Shown: positions 41,160 through 50,908 of the stretch, one piece after another
Position numbering within the stretch: the first letter of the stretch is position 1
Layout: each line of letters begins with the position of its first letter
Source: Cyanobacteriota bacterium
GTDB taxonomy: Bacteria; Cyanobacteriota; Cyanobacteriia; PCC-6307; Cyanobiaceae
Direction of reading: 5' to 3'
DNA length: 64,000 nt
Assembly (NCBI GenBank): GCA_046052125.1
Contig: JBJOMY010000004.1
Span: forward strand, 96,001 to 160,000
Made by a program: the position numbers and the translations under genes
Notes under the pieces: generated by a model
What the model saw: the letters and a program-made list of their open reading frames with translations, nothing else
Database searches by the model: none
Told to the model about the DNA's origin: nothing

Positions 41160-41483
41160 GTGGCTTTCTTCGACTCCGAGATCGTTCAGGACGAAGCCAA
41201 GCGCCTCTTTGGCGATTACCAGCAGCTGATGCAGCTGGGCGGTGAATACGGCAAGTTCGATCGTGAGGGGAAAAAGCTGTTCATCGAGCGCATGGAGGAG
41301 CTGATGGACCGCTACCGGGTGTTCATGAAGCGATTTGAGCTCTCGGAAGATTTCCAGGCCAAGCTCACCGTGGAGCAATTGCGCACCCAGCTCGGGCAGT
41401 TCGGCATGACCCCCGAGCAGATGTTCGAGCAGATGCACCGCACCCTTGAACGGATGAAGAGCGAACTGGAGAAGGAGGGCTGA
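41160..41483 (+). CDS. DUF1825-like conserved cyanobacterial protein
   Basis: [19 protein letters not shown]...KFDREGKK...[15 protein letters not shown] 41160. Confidence 0.85.
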   Translation: MAFFDSEIVQDEAKRLFGDYQQLMQLGGEYGKFDREGKKLFIERMEELMDRYRVFMKRFELSEDFQAKLTVEQLRTQLGQFGMTPEQMFEQMHRTLERMKSELEKEG

Positions 41484-41526
41484 AGCGCCCACTGCCTACG
41501 ATCCGGCCCTGAACAGCACTGCAGCA

Positions 41527-42798
41527 ATGGCCAAGGGCGCGTGGGGATTGCCGCAGTGGCTCGAGCGGGGTGTGGCCGACCTGTTTCCGGCCGGTGTTGC
41601 AGAGGGAGCCGCGCAGGATCCCGATCAGCAGTTGGCAGCGCGCCTAGTTGAGGCCGAACGCAACGGCCGCCCGCTGCGGATCAAGCTCGGCATCGATCCC
41701 ACCGGCTCGGATATCCATCTGGGCCACTCGATCCTGTTCCGCAAGTTGCGGGCCTTTCAGGATGCGGGCCACACGGCCGTCCTGATCATTGGCGATTTCA
41801 CCGCGCGAATCGGCGATCCCACCGGCAAAAGTGCCACCCGCGTGCAGCTCAGTGAAGCGGAGGTGGAGGCCAATGCCCGCACCTATCTGCAGCAGCTCGG
41901 CCAGGGCCAGGACCCTGGCTATGCCCTGCTCGATTTTGAAACCCCCGGTCGCCTCGAGGTGCGCCGCAACAGCGAGTGGCTTGCGGCTCTGGATCTGCCG
42001 AAGGTGATTGAGCTGCTCGGCATCTCCACCGTGGGCCAGATGCTCGCCAAGGAGGATTTTGCCAACCGCTACGGCTCCGGCACCCCGATCTCCCTGCACG
42101 AATTCCTTTATCCGCTGCTGCAGGGATACGACTCAGTGGCGATCCAGGCGGATCTCGAGCTGGGCGGCACCGATCAGAAGTTCAACGTGGCGATGGGCCG
42201 CGATCTGCAGCGCCATTTCGGCCAGCGCACCCAGTTCGGAATGCTGTTGCCGATCCTGCCGGGCCTCGATGGGGTGCAGAAGATGAGCAAGAGCCTCGGC
42301 AACACCGTGGGCCTCTCGGAGGATCCTCTCTCGATGTATTCGAAGCTCGAGAAGGTGCCTGATGCTGCGGTGGAGGAGTACCTCACCCTGCTCACCGATC
42401 TCGATCTCACGGCCCTGCCGGCCAACCCGCGCGAGCGCCAGAAGGCGATGGCCTTGGAGGTGACGCGGCAGCGCCACGGCCAGGCGGCCGCCCTTCAGGC
42501 CCAAGCCGATGCCGGCAAGTTGGTGGGCGGTGCCAGCGGCAGCGGCGCCGCTGATGCGGAGGTGCCCGAAGCCTCCCTGGCGGCGGTGAACTTCCCCGCG
42601 AAGGCCTTCTATCTGCTGAGCGCCGTGGGCATCTGCGCCAGCAGCAGTGATGCACGCCGCCAGATCCAGGGCGGTGGCGTGAAGCTCGATGGGGAGAAGC
42701 TCAGCGATCCCAACCAGGAATTCAGCGCCGCCACTGAGCTGGAGGGCAAGGTGTTGCAGCTGGGCAAAAAAACCTTCCGCCGCCTCGTGGCGGGTTAG
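41527..42798 (+). CDS. tyrS: Tyrosine--tRNA ligase
   Basis: [15 protein letters not shown] (HIGH-like), [19 protein letters not shown]-terminal S4. Confidence 0.97.
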   Translation: MAKGAWGLPQWLERGVADLFPAGVAEGAAQDPDQQLAARLVEAERNGRPLRIKLGIDPTGSDIHLGHSILFRKLRAFQDAGHTAVLIIGDFTARIGDPTGKSATRVQLSEAEVEANARTYLQQLGQGQDPGYALLDFETPGRLEVRRNSEWLAALDLPKVIELLGISTVGQMLAKEDFANRYGSGTPISLHEFLYPLLQGYDSVAIQADLELGGTDQKFNVAMGRDLQRHFGQRTQFGMLLPILPGLDGVQKMSKSLGNTVGLSEDPLSMYSKLEKVPDAAVEEYLTLLTDLDLTALPANPRERQKAMALEVTRQRHGQAAALQAQADAGKLVGGASGSGAADAEVPEASLAAVNFPAKAFYLLSAVGICASSSDARRQIQGGGVKLDGEKLSDPNQEFSAATELEGKVLQLGKKTFRRLVAG

Positions 42799-42811
42799 GC
42801 GCTGCGGCCAG

Positions 42812-43561
42812 TTAAATCACGGTCACCAGTCCTGTCTGCAGGTCGAAGTAGGTGGGCTGGATCCGGACCTTGCCCGCTGCTTGGGCATCCGCCAGGGTGG
42901 GGCTCCGCTTGATCAGCTTGGCGGCGGCGTAACGGGCGTTGCCCTTGATTGCCTGGGTGAGGTCGTCGCCAGGCTGAAGCGATTGCCGGATCGGTTTCAC
43001 AAGATCTTCCAGGAGCGGCGTAAGGGGATCACTGCCCATGGCAGCTTTAACGGCGCCGCAGCTGCTGTGGCCGATCACCAGGATCAACGGCACCTCTAGA
43101 ACCGCAACGCCGTATTCCAGGCTGGCGATGCCGTCGCTGTAAGCGTTATTGCCCGCCACGCGCACCTGGAACAGTTCGCCCGAGCCGAGGCCGAACATCC
43201 ATTCCGGGGCTACCCGGGCATCCGCGCAGCTCAGCAGGGCCGCCCAGGGCCGCTGCCCCTTGGTGAGGGACAGGGGGTTGATCTGGCAGCTGGTGTCAAA
43301 GATGGCCTGCTGGATCCGCATCCGTTCCTGCGGATTGTTGGATTGCATGCTGCGCTGCCAGGCCTTGCTGAAGATCCGGTTGCGTTGCAGCAAGGCCTCC
43401 AGCGGATCGCTGCTGGGGGTGCAGGCCTCCAGCTCCTTGCTTAGGTCCAGGGCTGCAGTGGGTGCAGCCTGGCTTGCGGAACGGCCTAGACCGGTCGCGG
43501 TGGCTCCAGCGCCGGCGGCCATGCCAAGAGCCTGTAGGGCGTGGCGGCGGCTGAATGGCAT
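42812..43561 (-). CDS. Beta-class carbonic anhydrase with twin-arginine signal
   Basis: Zn ligands CADARV and GHSSCGAV, RVAGN; N-terminal SRRHAL plus hydrophobic stretch; ATG 43561. Confidence 0.9.
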   Translation of the reverse strand: MPFSRRHALQALGMAAGAGATATGLGRSASQAAPTAALDLSKELEACTPSSDPLEALLQRNRIFSKAWQRSMQSNNPQERMRIQQAIFDTSCQINPLSLTKGQRPWAALLSCADARVAPEWMFGLGSGELFQVRVAGNNAYSDGIASLEYGVAVLEVPLILVIGHSSCGAVKAAMGSDPLTPLLEDLVKPIRQSLQPGDDLTQAIKGNARYAAAKLIKRSPTLADAQAAGKVRIQPTYFDLQTGLVTVI

Positions 43562-43719
43562 CGGTGCGCTGGCGAGGGGCGGCGGCCTTGGGACTGGGCC
43601 GACTGCAAGCTGACCAGGACCGCCGCAGCGCGCCTCCGTGTGAATGATTTCGTTACAGGTCGAGGGCCTTCGCTCGAGGCCGCTCCGTAGCCTGAAATCG
43701 TGCCTTTGCATCCCAGCAC

Positions 43720-44448
43720 GTGAGCACGAGCCCTGCCGACCGGATCATCGTTGCCCTCGATGGCATGGCGCCGGAGCAGGCCCTCGCGTTCGCCCGGGCG
43801 GTGCCGGCGCTGCGCTGGGTGAAGGTGGGTCTGGAGCTGTTCGTGGCGGCTGGCCCTGCGGCGGTGCAACAGCTGCGCGATCAAGGCAAGCGGGTGTTCC
43901 TGGATCTCAAGTTCCACGACATCCCCGCCACCATGGCCGGGGCTTGTCGCAGTGCGGCGCGTCTCGGTGCTGAGTTGATCACTGTGCACGCCTGCGCCGG
44001 CCGTGAGGCGCTGGCGGCGGCCCAAGAGGCGGCGCAGGAGTCGGCCAGCGCTGCAGGGCTGCCTACCCCGACCCTGCTGGCGGTCACGGTGCTCACCAGC
44101 TGGGATCCGGCCCGTTTTGCCTCCGAGCTGGCCATCGATGAGCCGGTGCCTAGCTATGTGCCTCGCCTGGCTGAGCTGGCGGCCTCCGCCGGAATTGGTG
44201 GGTGTGTGTGCTCGCCCCTGGAGGTAGCAGCCCTACGGAGCGCCCATCCCCATCCCTTTGCGCTCGTCACCCCAGGGATCCGCCCATCGGGTGCGGCCCT
44301 GGGAGATCAGCAGCGGGTGATGACGCCCGCTCAGGCCATGGCCGCAGGCTCCAGTCAGTTGGTGATTGGCCGGCCGATCACGGCGGCTCTGGATCCAGCC
44401 GCAGCGTTCGCTGCCTGCTGCGCTGAGCTGGACGCCGGGTGTTCCTGA
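43720..44448 (+). CDS. pyrF: Orotidine-5'-phosphate decarboxylase
   Basis: [38 protein letters not shown]. Confidence 0.97.
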   Translation: MSTSPADRIIVALDGMAPEQALAFARAVPALRWVKVGLELFVAAGPAAVQQLRDQGKRVFLDLKFHDIPATMAGACRSAARLGAELITVHACAGREALAAAQEAAQESASAAGLPTPTLLAVTVLTSWDPARFASELAIDEPVPSYVPRLAELAASAGIGGCVCSPLEVAALRSAHPHPFALVTPGIRPSGAALGDQQRVMTPAQAMAAGSSQLVIGRPITAALDPAAAFAACCAELDAGCS

Positions 44449-45419
44449 TCCACAACCGCCCGGAGCAGGCACCGCTGCTGGCGGCGGCGGCCGTGAGTGC
44501 TTGCCGTCTAAGCGGCAGTTGGACCTCAGATCTGCAGCCGGCTTTGCTCGCGCTGTTGTTTGAGCGCCTGCTGGGGGTTGAGCTGGAGCTTGACGCTCTT
44601 CCTGTCGTGGAGCCGGCTCAGCTGGCCTGTGAGCTGCCGGAGCTCACCCAGCGGCGCGAGCTCATCGACTTGCTTGTGCTGCTCGAGATGGTCTGCCGGC
44701 CGATTCCGCCTGAATTGCAGGCTTCGGTGGAGCACTGGGCGTCTGCGCTGGGGGTGGAGGACAGCGCTGTGCTGCTGGCGCGCGATCTCACCCGCCAGGC
44801 TCAGGCCTGTGCCACGGCCGATTTTTATCGCCTCAACTGGATTGGGGAGGGCGACGATCAGCGCGATCCCCACTTTCAGCAGCTGCTCGAGCAGTACGGC
44901 ACGGCCGCCTATGCCCTCACCGTGGAGCCCGACCCTGCGGAGCAGCAGCGTTGGGCGGCCTTGGCGCAGTGCCCGCCGCAGAGCTTGGGCCGTGGCTTGT
45001 GGGACTTCTACCAAGAGCGGGGCTTCCGCCTGCCGGGCGAACCCGGTGCGGCGAATGCCGCCCTGGCCCATCACGACTGGGTGCATCTGGTGGCGGGCTA
45101 CGACACCACACCGATCGGTGAACTGGAGGTGACGGCCTTCATGGCGGCCGCCAGCTCCTCGCCTGGAGCGATGGTCGGCTTCCTCGGTGCCGTGAGCATC
45201 TACGAAACCGGCTTGCTGCAGAGCCTGGTGCTGCTGGATCACTACGGCCACACCCTCTCGGACCCGGGCGGCCGTGAGCGGGTGGCGACGGCGATCGCCC
45301 GGGGTGCCGGCTGCCGCGTGGATCCGCTCTTGGAGGTGGATTACTTCGACCTGGCCGAACAGCCGCTGCGGCTGATCCGTGAGCAGTGGGGCGTGGAACC
45401 GGATTCGCTGAGTGCTTAA
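44439..45419 (+). CDS. Hypothetical protein with Coq4-like HDxxH(x11)E motif
   Basis: PPQSLGR...[17 protein letters not shown]; 326 aa; start overlaps the pyrF end. Confidence 0.7.
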   Translation: MFLIHNRPEQAPLLAAAAVSACRLSGSWTSDLQPALLALLFERLLGVELELDALPVVEPAQLACELPELTQRRELIDLLVLLEMVCRPIPPELQASVEHWASALGVEDSAVLLARDLTRQAQACATADFYRLNWIGEGDDQRDPHFQQLLEQYGTAAYALTVEPDPAEQQRWAALAQCPPQSLGRGLWDFYQERGFRLPGEPGAANAALAHHDWVHLVAGYDTTPIGELEVTAFMAAASSSPGAMVGFLGAVSIYETGLLQSLVLLDHYGHTLSDPGGRERVATAIARGAGCRVDPLLEVDYFDLAEQPLRLIREQWGVEPDSLSA

Positions 45420-46609
45420 GCCGCCAGGCTCCCCTGAGGCACCAGTTCGGCGTAGAGCTGCTCCAGCTGGTCGATGTTGCGGCTGAGGGTGTAGCGCTCC
45501 AGCGCCCGTTGGCGGGCGCGGCGGCCGAGCTCCGCGGTGAGCACGGGTTGATCACGCAACACCGGCAACAGCGTGCGGAGTTGTGTGGTTACGCCTTGGG
45601 TGCTGATCACAATGCCGGCGCCCCCATCGAGCACTTCGCCATCGGCGCCGGCATCGGTGGCCACGCAGGCGGTGCCGCTGGCCATCGCCTCCAGCAGCGC
45701 CAGGCTCAGCCCCTCCACCAGGGAAGGCAGCAGGAACACCTCCGCCAGTTGCAGCAGGGCCAGCCGCTTGGCTTGATCAGGTTCATGGCCCCACCAGTTC
45801 ACCTGGATCTCTGGGCCGTAGGTCTGCATCAGTGATTGGCGCACTGGGCCATCACCCACCACCACGAGCGTGCAGCCCGCAGGTTGCACCAGCCGCCAGG
45901 CCCTCAACAGGGCTTCCACGTTTTTCTCGGTGGCGATGCGGCCCATGTAGAGGAACACCCTGCGGCCAGCGAAGCGCTGCTTCAGCTCTTGCAGCTCCTT
46001 GGAATCGGATCCGGGGATGCCGGGTTTCCACTGCTCGGGCTCAACGCCATTGGGGATCACCACCAGCCGATTGGCCGGAACCCCGAGCCGCATCAGCACA
46101 TCGGCCTGCAGATCGGAGAACACCACGACTCGGTCGTAGCGGGCCAGCGATGGGGCGTAGAGCTGATAGGTGAGCTGCTGGGTGCCCGAGCTCAGGTTGC
46201 GCAGGGCAGCATCGAACGGCGGATGAAACGTGGCCACCAAGGGGAGGCCCAGTTGCTGGCAGAGATCGGGAAGCCGGAAATCGAGTGGAGAGAGCGTGAG
46301 GCTGGCGTGCACCAGATCAGGTCGCAGCCGCTCAAGCGATTCCCGCAGCTCCCGCTGTGCCCCTGGCGAGGGGATTGTGTACACCTGCGACTTCACCAGA
46401 TAGGGCAGGGCCACTTCCGGGTTGGCATCGCTGCTGCCGAGGCCAAGGCCTGGGTCTTCGGCTGATCGGCCCAGCCCCCCAGCGGGCGTGTCGAAATGAA
46501 TGAAGCTGATCTCGTGGCCGCGGCTGCGCAGGGCCTCTGTTGTGGTCAGGCCGTAGGTGACATTGCCGCAGAAGGGCGATTTCTTGCCCAGCCAGGCGAT
46601 ATGGACCAC
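45416..46609 (-). CDS. dgdA: GT4 glycosyltransferase, probable digalactosyldiacylglycerol synthase
   Basis: GT-B motifs GRIATEKN and PSLVEGLSLALLEAMA give a firm GT4 call. The dgdA name rests on my recollection that HIAWLGKKSPFCGNVTYG is the cyanobacterial DgdA N-terminus and needs checking. Confidence 0.65.
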   Translation of the reverse strand: MVHIAWLGKKSPFCGNVTYGLTTTEALRSRGHEISFIHFDTPAGGLGRSAEDPGLGLGSSDANPEVALPYLVKSQVYTIPSPGAQRELRESLERLRPDLVHASLTLSPLDFRLPDLCQQLGLPLVATFHPPFDAALRNLSSGTQQLTYQLYAPSLARYDRVVVFSDLQADVLMRLGVPANRLVVIPNGVEPEQWKPGIPGSDSKELQELKQRFAGRRVFLYMGRIATEKNVEALLRAWRLVQPAGCTLVVVGDGPVRQSLMQTYGPEIQVNWWGHEPDQAKRLALLQLAEVFLLPSLVEGLSLALLEAMASGTACVATDAGADGEVLDGGAGIVISTQGVTTQLRTLLPVLRDQPVLTAELGRRARQRALERYTLSRNIDQLEQLYAELVPQGSLAA

Positions 46610-46639
46610 TCGGGCGCAGCGCTCGATCCTGAGCCGACG

Positions 46640-48013
46640 CTAGCAGCGTTCCCAGGGCCTCTCCAGAAGGGCAGCAGCAAGGGCCAGCGCCGCCAGAACC
46701 CAGAGCACCGGGAGCAATCCATAGCGGCTCACCACGGTTCCCGCCAGCACCAACGGCAGGCTGAGGGCAATGTTGATCAGGTTGTTCTGGAGCCCGAACA
46801 CCTTGCCCCGCATCGCCTCCGGGGTGTCTTCCTGGATGGTGGTCTGGGCAGGAATCGCCAGTAAGGCTGCGCCCACCCCAAGCACGGCGCAGAGGGTGAG
46901 GGTGGGGGTGAGGCTGCCCCGCAGCTGGCCGAGCAACACCAGGCTCCAGGCGATCGTGCCAAGGCCAGTGGAAGCGAGCCGGCGGCGGTTGAAGCGATGC
47001 CCCACCTGAGCCACGGCCACAGCGCCCACGGCCAGGCCGACGCCACTCATCGCCAGCAGGGTGCCGAACTGGGTAGGGCCGAGCTGCTGAATGGCCGAGG
47101 CGAGGCTGATGGCCAGCACGTACAAGGCCGCCAGCAGGCTGTAGAGGAGCACCAGCTGCAAGAGCGCGCTGCGCACACTCGGACGCTCGCGCAGCACCTG
47201 CAGGCCGTCAGCCATTTCCTGCCAAACGGTTTGCTCCCGTTCCTGGCGAGGGGTTTCCTCCACGCGGATCCAGGCAATCGAGAGGGCCGCCAGGCCGTAG
47301 CAAAGCGGTAGAAGCGCAAATTCGCCGTTGGCGATGCCGATCGAACCGAGCCAGAACTTCAGCAGCCGCAGGATCGGATCACCCAGGGCAAAGCCCACGA
47401 TCGTGGCCCCCATGCTGGTGGCCTGATACAGGGAATTGGCGGCTAGCAATTGGCGGGTGGGCACCAGCATCGGGATGGCGGCCTGCTCGGCTGGGGCAAA
47501 AAATTGGGTGAGCACCGATTCGAGAAAGGTGATCACCAGCAGCGCCCAGTAACCCCAACTCAGCCCGAGCCATTCGGGTCCATCCAGCAGGCTCAGGGGT
47601 GCCAGCAAGGTGAGCACCGCGCGGATGCCATTGCTGGCCACCATCACTTCCCGCTTGGGCCAGCGGTCGGCCCAGACCCCGGCCACCAGGCCCAGCACCA
47701 TCGCTGGAATCGTGTTGGCCACGTAGATCCCAGTGGCCAGAAGGGTGATCAGCTGGGCGCGGCTGTCGATGCTGAAGCGAAAGGCTCCGGCCGCTTCAGC
47801 CAGGGCTCCGTCGCTCGGCAGTGGTGCTGTCACCCAGTACTGGGCGATCAGAAACACCATCAACACGATGTAGAACTTGTCCGCCAGCTGGCTGAAGATC
47901 TGGCCGAGCCAGAGCTTGCGGAATTCCGGCAGCGCCAGCACGGCTTGCAGGCCAGTCGATCTTGACGCTTCGCTCAAGGGGGGAATCGGCTGTGACCTGG
48001 TGTTCCGGATCAC
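46640..48013 (-). CDS. MFS transporter
   Basis: FRKLWLGQIFSQLADK, motif-A-like AGVWADRWPKR, about 12 hydrophobic segments; GTG 48013 overlaps the recO stop. Confidence 0.88.
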   Translation of the reverse strand: MIRNTRSQPIPPLSEASRSTGLQAVLALPEFRKLWLGQIFSQLADKFYIVLMVFLIAQYWVTAPLPSDGALAEAAGAFRFSIDSRAQLITLLATGIYVANTIPAMVLGLVAGVWADRWPKREVMVASNGIRAVLTLLAPLSLLDGPEWLGLSWGYWALLVITFLESVLTQFFAPAEQAAIPMLVPTRQLLAANSLYQATSMGATIVGFALGDPILRLLKFWLGSIGIANGEFALLPLCYGLAALSIAWIRVEETPRQEREQTVWQEMADGLQVLRERPSVRSALLQLVLLYSLLAALYVLAISLASAIQQLGPTQFGTLLAMSGVGLAVGAVAVAQVGHRFNRRRLASTGLGTIAWSLVLLGQLRGSLTPTLTLCAVLGVGAALLAIPAQTTIQEDTPEAMRGKVFGLQNNLINIALSLPLVLAGTVVSRYGLLPVLWVLAALALAAALLERPWERC

Positions 48014-48825
48014 GATGATGCCCCACGGCCACCACTGATGGCGCTTTCGCCAAAGCACTGGCGCAGCAGCTTCCAGGAGCGTGGGCTGCGGCCGAGGTGT
48101 TCGCGGCTCCACAGCTCCACTAGTTGCAGCAAGCGCAGCCACACCGGCCATGGCCCCATCAGCTCGCCGTCGCGGCGACGTGGCAAAGCAGGGCGCAGCA
48201 GGCGTTGCAGCAGGGCGAGCTCAGAGGCATTGAGCACCAGCTGTGCCCCGGCCACGGCTCCGATCACGAAGCCTTCGCCGGGCAGGAGGCTGCAGCGCCA
48301 CTCCCAGTTGCCGAGTGGCGGCTCGAGCCGCGTGCCACTGCGTGCACAGCAGGCCAGCGGTAGGGCGTAGCCCCCTAGGGCCAGCAGATGCACCACCCCT
48401 TGAACGGCAATCGCAAGGGCTTCAACGCTCTCCTGGCGCTCCTGCACCACCAGCTCCAGCCGGCTCAATTGCAGCAGTAGATCCTCGAGAACCCCCTCCA
48501 CAGCCTCGCCGCTGGGCACCAGCAGCAGCGTTTGCTCAGCTAGCCCCTGAGCCGCCGCTAGTGTTTCCAGCCGCTCGGCCAGGGCGGCGAAATTGCGCAG
48601 CACCCTGAGCTGGCGCACGCGTTTGAGGCTGCTCCGTCCGCCGGCCTGCAACTGCAGCACCGCCAATGGAACGGCGGCTGCCATCGAGCTTTTGGGCTTC
48701 CGGGCCCCGGGCGCCGCCAGCCGGATCACTCCCTCGCTGGCGCTGAGCAGCGTGATCAGGCGGTCGCTTTCGCCCAGCGCACTGCTGCGCAGCACGAGGC
48801 CTTCGAGTCGCTGCTCGGCGCTCAA
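48010..48825 (-). CDS. recO: DNA repair protein RecO
   Basis: GLVLRSSALGESDRLITLLS..EG...APGARKPKS OB-fold start. Confidence 0.9.
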   Translation of the reverse strand: MSAEQRLEGLVLRSSALGESDRLITLLSASEGVIRLAAPGARKPKSSMAAAVPLAVLQLQAGGRSSLKRVRQLRVLRNFAALAERLETLAAAQGLAEQTLLLVPSGEAVEGVLEDLLLQLSRLELVVQERQESVEALAIAVQGVVHLLALGGYALPLACCARSGTRLEPPLGNWEWRCSLLPGEGFVIGAVAGAQLVLNASELALLQRLLRPALPRRRDGELMGPWPVWLRLLQLVELWSREHLGRSPRSWKLLRQCFGESAISGGRGASS

Positions 48826-49520
48826 GGCTCGCCGCTGGCAGCGGAGCTGCCCTGATCCCCCTGTCGCAGGGCCTGAATCAGAGCGACGCCCCGGCTGGTG
48901 CCCAGTCGGCTGGCACCAGCCTCCACCAGCTCGAAGGCTTGCTCCAGGCTGCTGATGCCGCCCGAGGCCTTCACGGCCGCCCGGCCTCGCGCCAGCTGCC
49001 GCAGCTGCGTCACCTGGGCCACCGTGGCCGCTGGGCCGAAGCCGCTGCCGGTTTTGAGCATGGCTGCCCCAACATCGATGCTGGCTTCCACGGCCAGCTC
49101 CAGGGCTGCGGGGCTGAGTCGCCCCACCTCAAGAATCACCTTCACCGGTAGGCCCAGTTCCACGATCGGGGCCAGGTCGTTGCAGAAGCGGCTGCTGTCG
49201 CCATCGGCGAGGGCACCGAAGTCAGGCACCACATCCAGCTCCTCCGCGCCGGCTGCCGCCGCCCATTCCGCCTCAGCGCGTTTGATCACCGCCGGCACGG
49301 CTCCGAAGGGGAATCCCACCACGCTCACCAGTCGAGGCCCCCGCCCGCCGCTCGGCCCGAGCCGCTCGCGCGCCTCGGGCAGCCAGCGCGAGGCCACGCA
49401 CACTCCGGCGAATCCGAAGTGACGCGCTTCATCGCAGCAGCGCAGCACCGCTTCACGGCCCTGATGGGGATCCAGCAGGGCGTGATCGATCAGCGGTGCG
49501 AGATCAGGCAGGTCGCGCAA
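48822..49520 (-). CDS. deoC: Deoxyribose-phosphate aldolase
   Basis: IDHALL, VVGFPFG, VKVILE, KTGSGF, VKASGGI, RLGTS. Confidence 0.95.
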   Translation of the reverse strand: MRDLPDLAPLIDHALLDPHQGREAVLRCCDEARHFGFAGVCVASRWLPEARERLGPSGGRGPRLVSVVGFPFGAVPAVIKRAEAEWAAAAGAEELDVVPDFGALADGDSSRFCNDLAPIVELGLPVKVILEVGRLSPAALELAVEASIDVGAAMLKTGSGFGPAATVAQVTQLRQLARGRAAVKASGGISSLEQAFELVEAGASRLGTSRGVALIQALRQGDQGSSAASGEP

Positions 49521-49565
49521 GCGGGGAGGGCTCAGCAGGTCGGGCCAGTCTGGGCGACTTCCACG

Positions 49566-50153
49566 TCAGCCCTTGGCCTGGATCACCCCGTAGCCGCCGT
49601 GGTTGCGGCGATACACCACCTGGAGTTCACCGCTGCCGGCATCACGGAACAGATAGAAGTCGTGGTCGATCAGCTCCAGCTGATGCAGCGCCTCATCCAG
49701 GCTCATCGCCGGCATGGCGAAGTATTTGCGCCGGACCCCACGGCTGGGCAGGGCGGCTTCCTTGCCATCGACCAGGGAGCCGCTCACCGCGTCGTCACCG
49801 GCTAGTTCCGCCAGGCTCGGGGTGGCGCTGGCGTGATGGCCTGCGCTGTGGTGATGGTCGCCGTGGCGGTCTTTGTAGCGCCGGAGTTGGCGGGTGAGTT
49901 TGCCTGCCACCAGATCGATGCTGGCGTACAGGTTTTCGCTGCGTTCCTGAGCCCGGATCACCGTGCCGTTGGCAAACACGGTCACCTCGGCGGTTTGTTG
50001 CGGCACCCGCGGATTGCGGGCCACCGAGAGATGCACGTCCGCCTCCTTCACCATCCCATCGAAATGACCGATGGCTCGCTTGAGCTTGTCTTCGGTGTAG
50101 TCGCGAATGGCTGGAGTGACCTCCAGGTTGCGTCCGTGGATCAACAACTTCAT
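49566..50153 (-). CDS. hpf: Ribosome hibernation promoting factor (LrtA, long HPF)
   Basis: MKLLIHGRNLEVT, NLYASID, VRRKYF...VVYRRNHGGYGVI; ATG 50153. Confidence 0.95.
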   Translation of the reverse strand: MKLLIHGRNLEVTPAIRDYTEDKLKRAIGHFDGMVKEADVHLSVARNPRVPQQTAEVTVFANGTVIRAQERSENLYASIDLVAGKLTRQLRRYKDRHGDHHHSAGHHASATPSLAELAGDDAVSGSLVDGKEAALPSRGVRRKYFAMPAMSLDEALHQLELIDHDFYLFRDAGSGELQVVYRRNHGGYGVIQAKG

Positions 50154-50200
50154 CCCTTGCCTCCCGGGCGATGGGCTCGCTTGAACGCTAGGAACGGTGC

Positions 50201-50884
50201 GTGATTTCCACCACGGGCGACGCAATCTGTTTTGAGCCTGCGGGGCTGGTGCCATTCCCGCGGGCCTGGGCTTGGCAACAGCAGCTGCAGCAGCGGTTGC
50301 TGGCGGATCCCATCGGTCCCGACGCACTGCTGCTGCTCGAACACGAGCCCTGCTACACCCTTGGCCGCGGGGCTGATCAGGCTTTTCTGAACTTCGATCC
50401 GGCCGACCCACCCGCACCCTTATTCCGGATTGATCGCGGTGGTGAGGTGACGCACCACTGCCCGGGGCAGCTGGTGCTCTATCCAGTACTCAACCTCCAG
50501 CGCCATGGCGCCGACCTGCACCTTTATCTCAGGGAGCTGGAGGGGGTGGTGATCGATCTGCTGGCCGAGCTCGGGCTGCAGGCGGAACGACTCAGTGGCC
50601 TCACCGGTGTGTGGCTGGAGGGACGCAAGATCGCCGCCATCGGTGTGGGGGCGCGGCGCTGGATCTCTCAGCACGGCCTGGCGCTGAATGTGGAGGCTGA
50701 CCTGGCCGGATTTGCCCGGGTGGTGCCCTGCGGCATCGCCGATCGGCCGGTGGCACGGCTGGTGGATTGGCGGCCGGAGCTCACGGCGGCGGCCCTGCGG
50801 CCGATGTTGTTGCGCTGTTTCAGCCGCCGGTTCGGGCTCAGCCTGCGGCCTCCCACTCGCCAGGAAGGCCTGCAGGGGTGGTAA
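50201..50884 (+). CDS. lipB: Octanoyltransferase
   Basis: [41 protein letters not shown]. Confidence 0.96.
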   Translation: MISTTGDAICFEPAGLVPFPRAWAWQQQLQQRLLADPIGPDALLLLEHEPCYTLGRGADQAFLNFDPADPPAPLFRIDRGGEVTHHCPGQLVLYPVLNLQRHGADLHLYLRELEGVVIDLLAELGLQAERLSGLTGVWLEGRKIAAIGVGARRWISQHGLALNVEADLAGFARVVPCGIADRPVARLVDWRPELTAAALRPMLLRCFSRRFGLSLRPPTRQEGLQGW

Positions 50885-50908
50885 GACCGGGCCACCTGAA
50901 TCGCTTCG

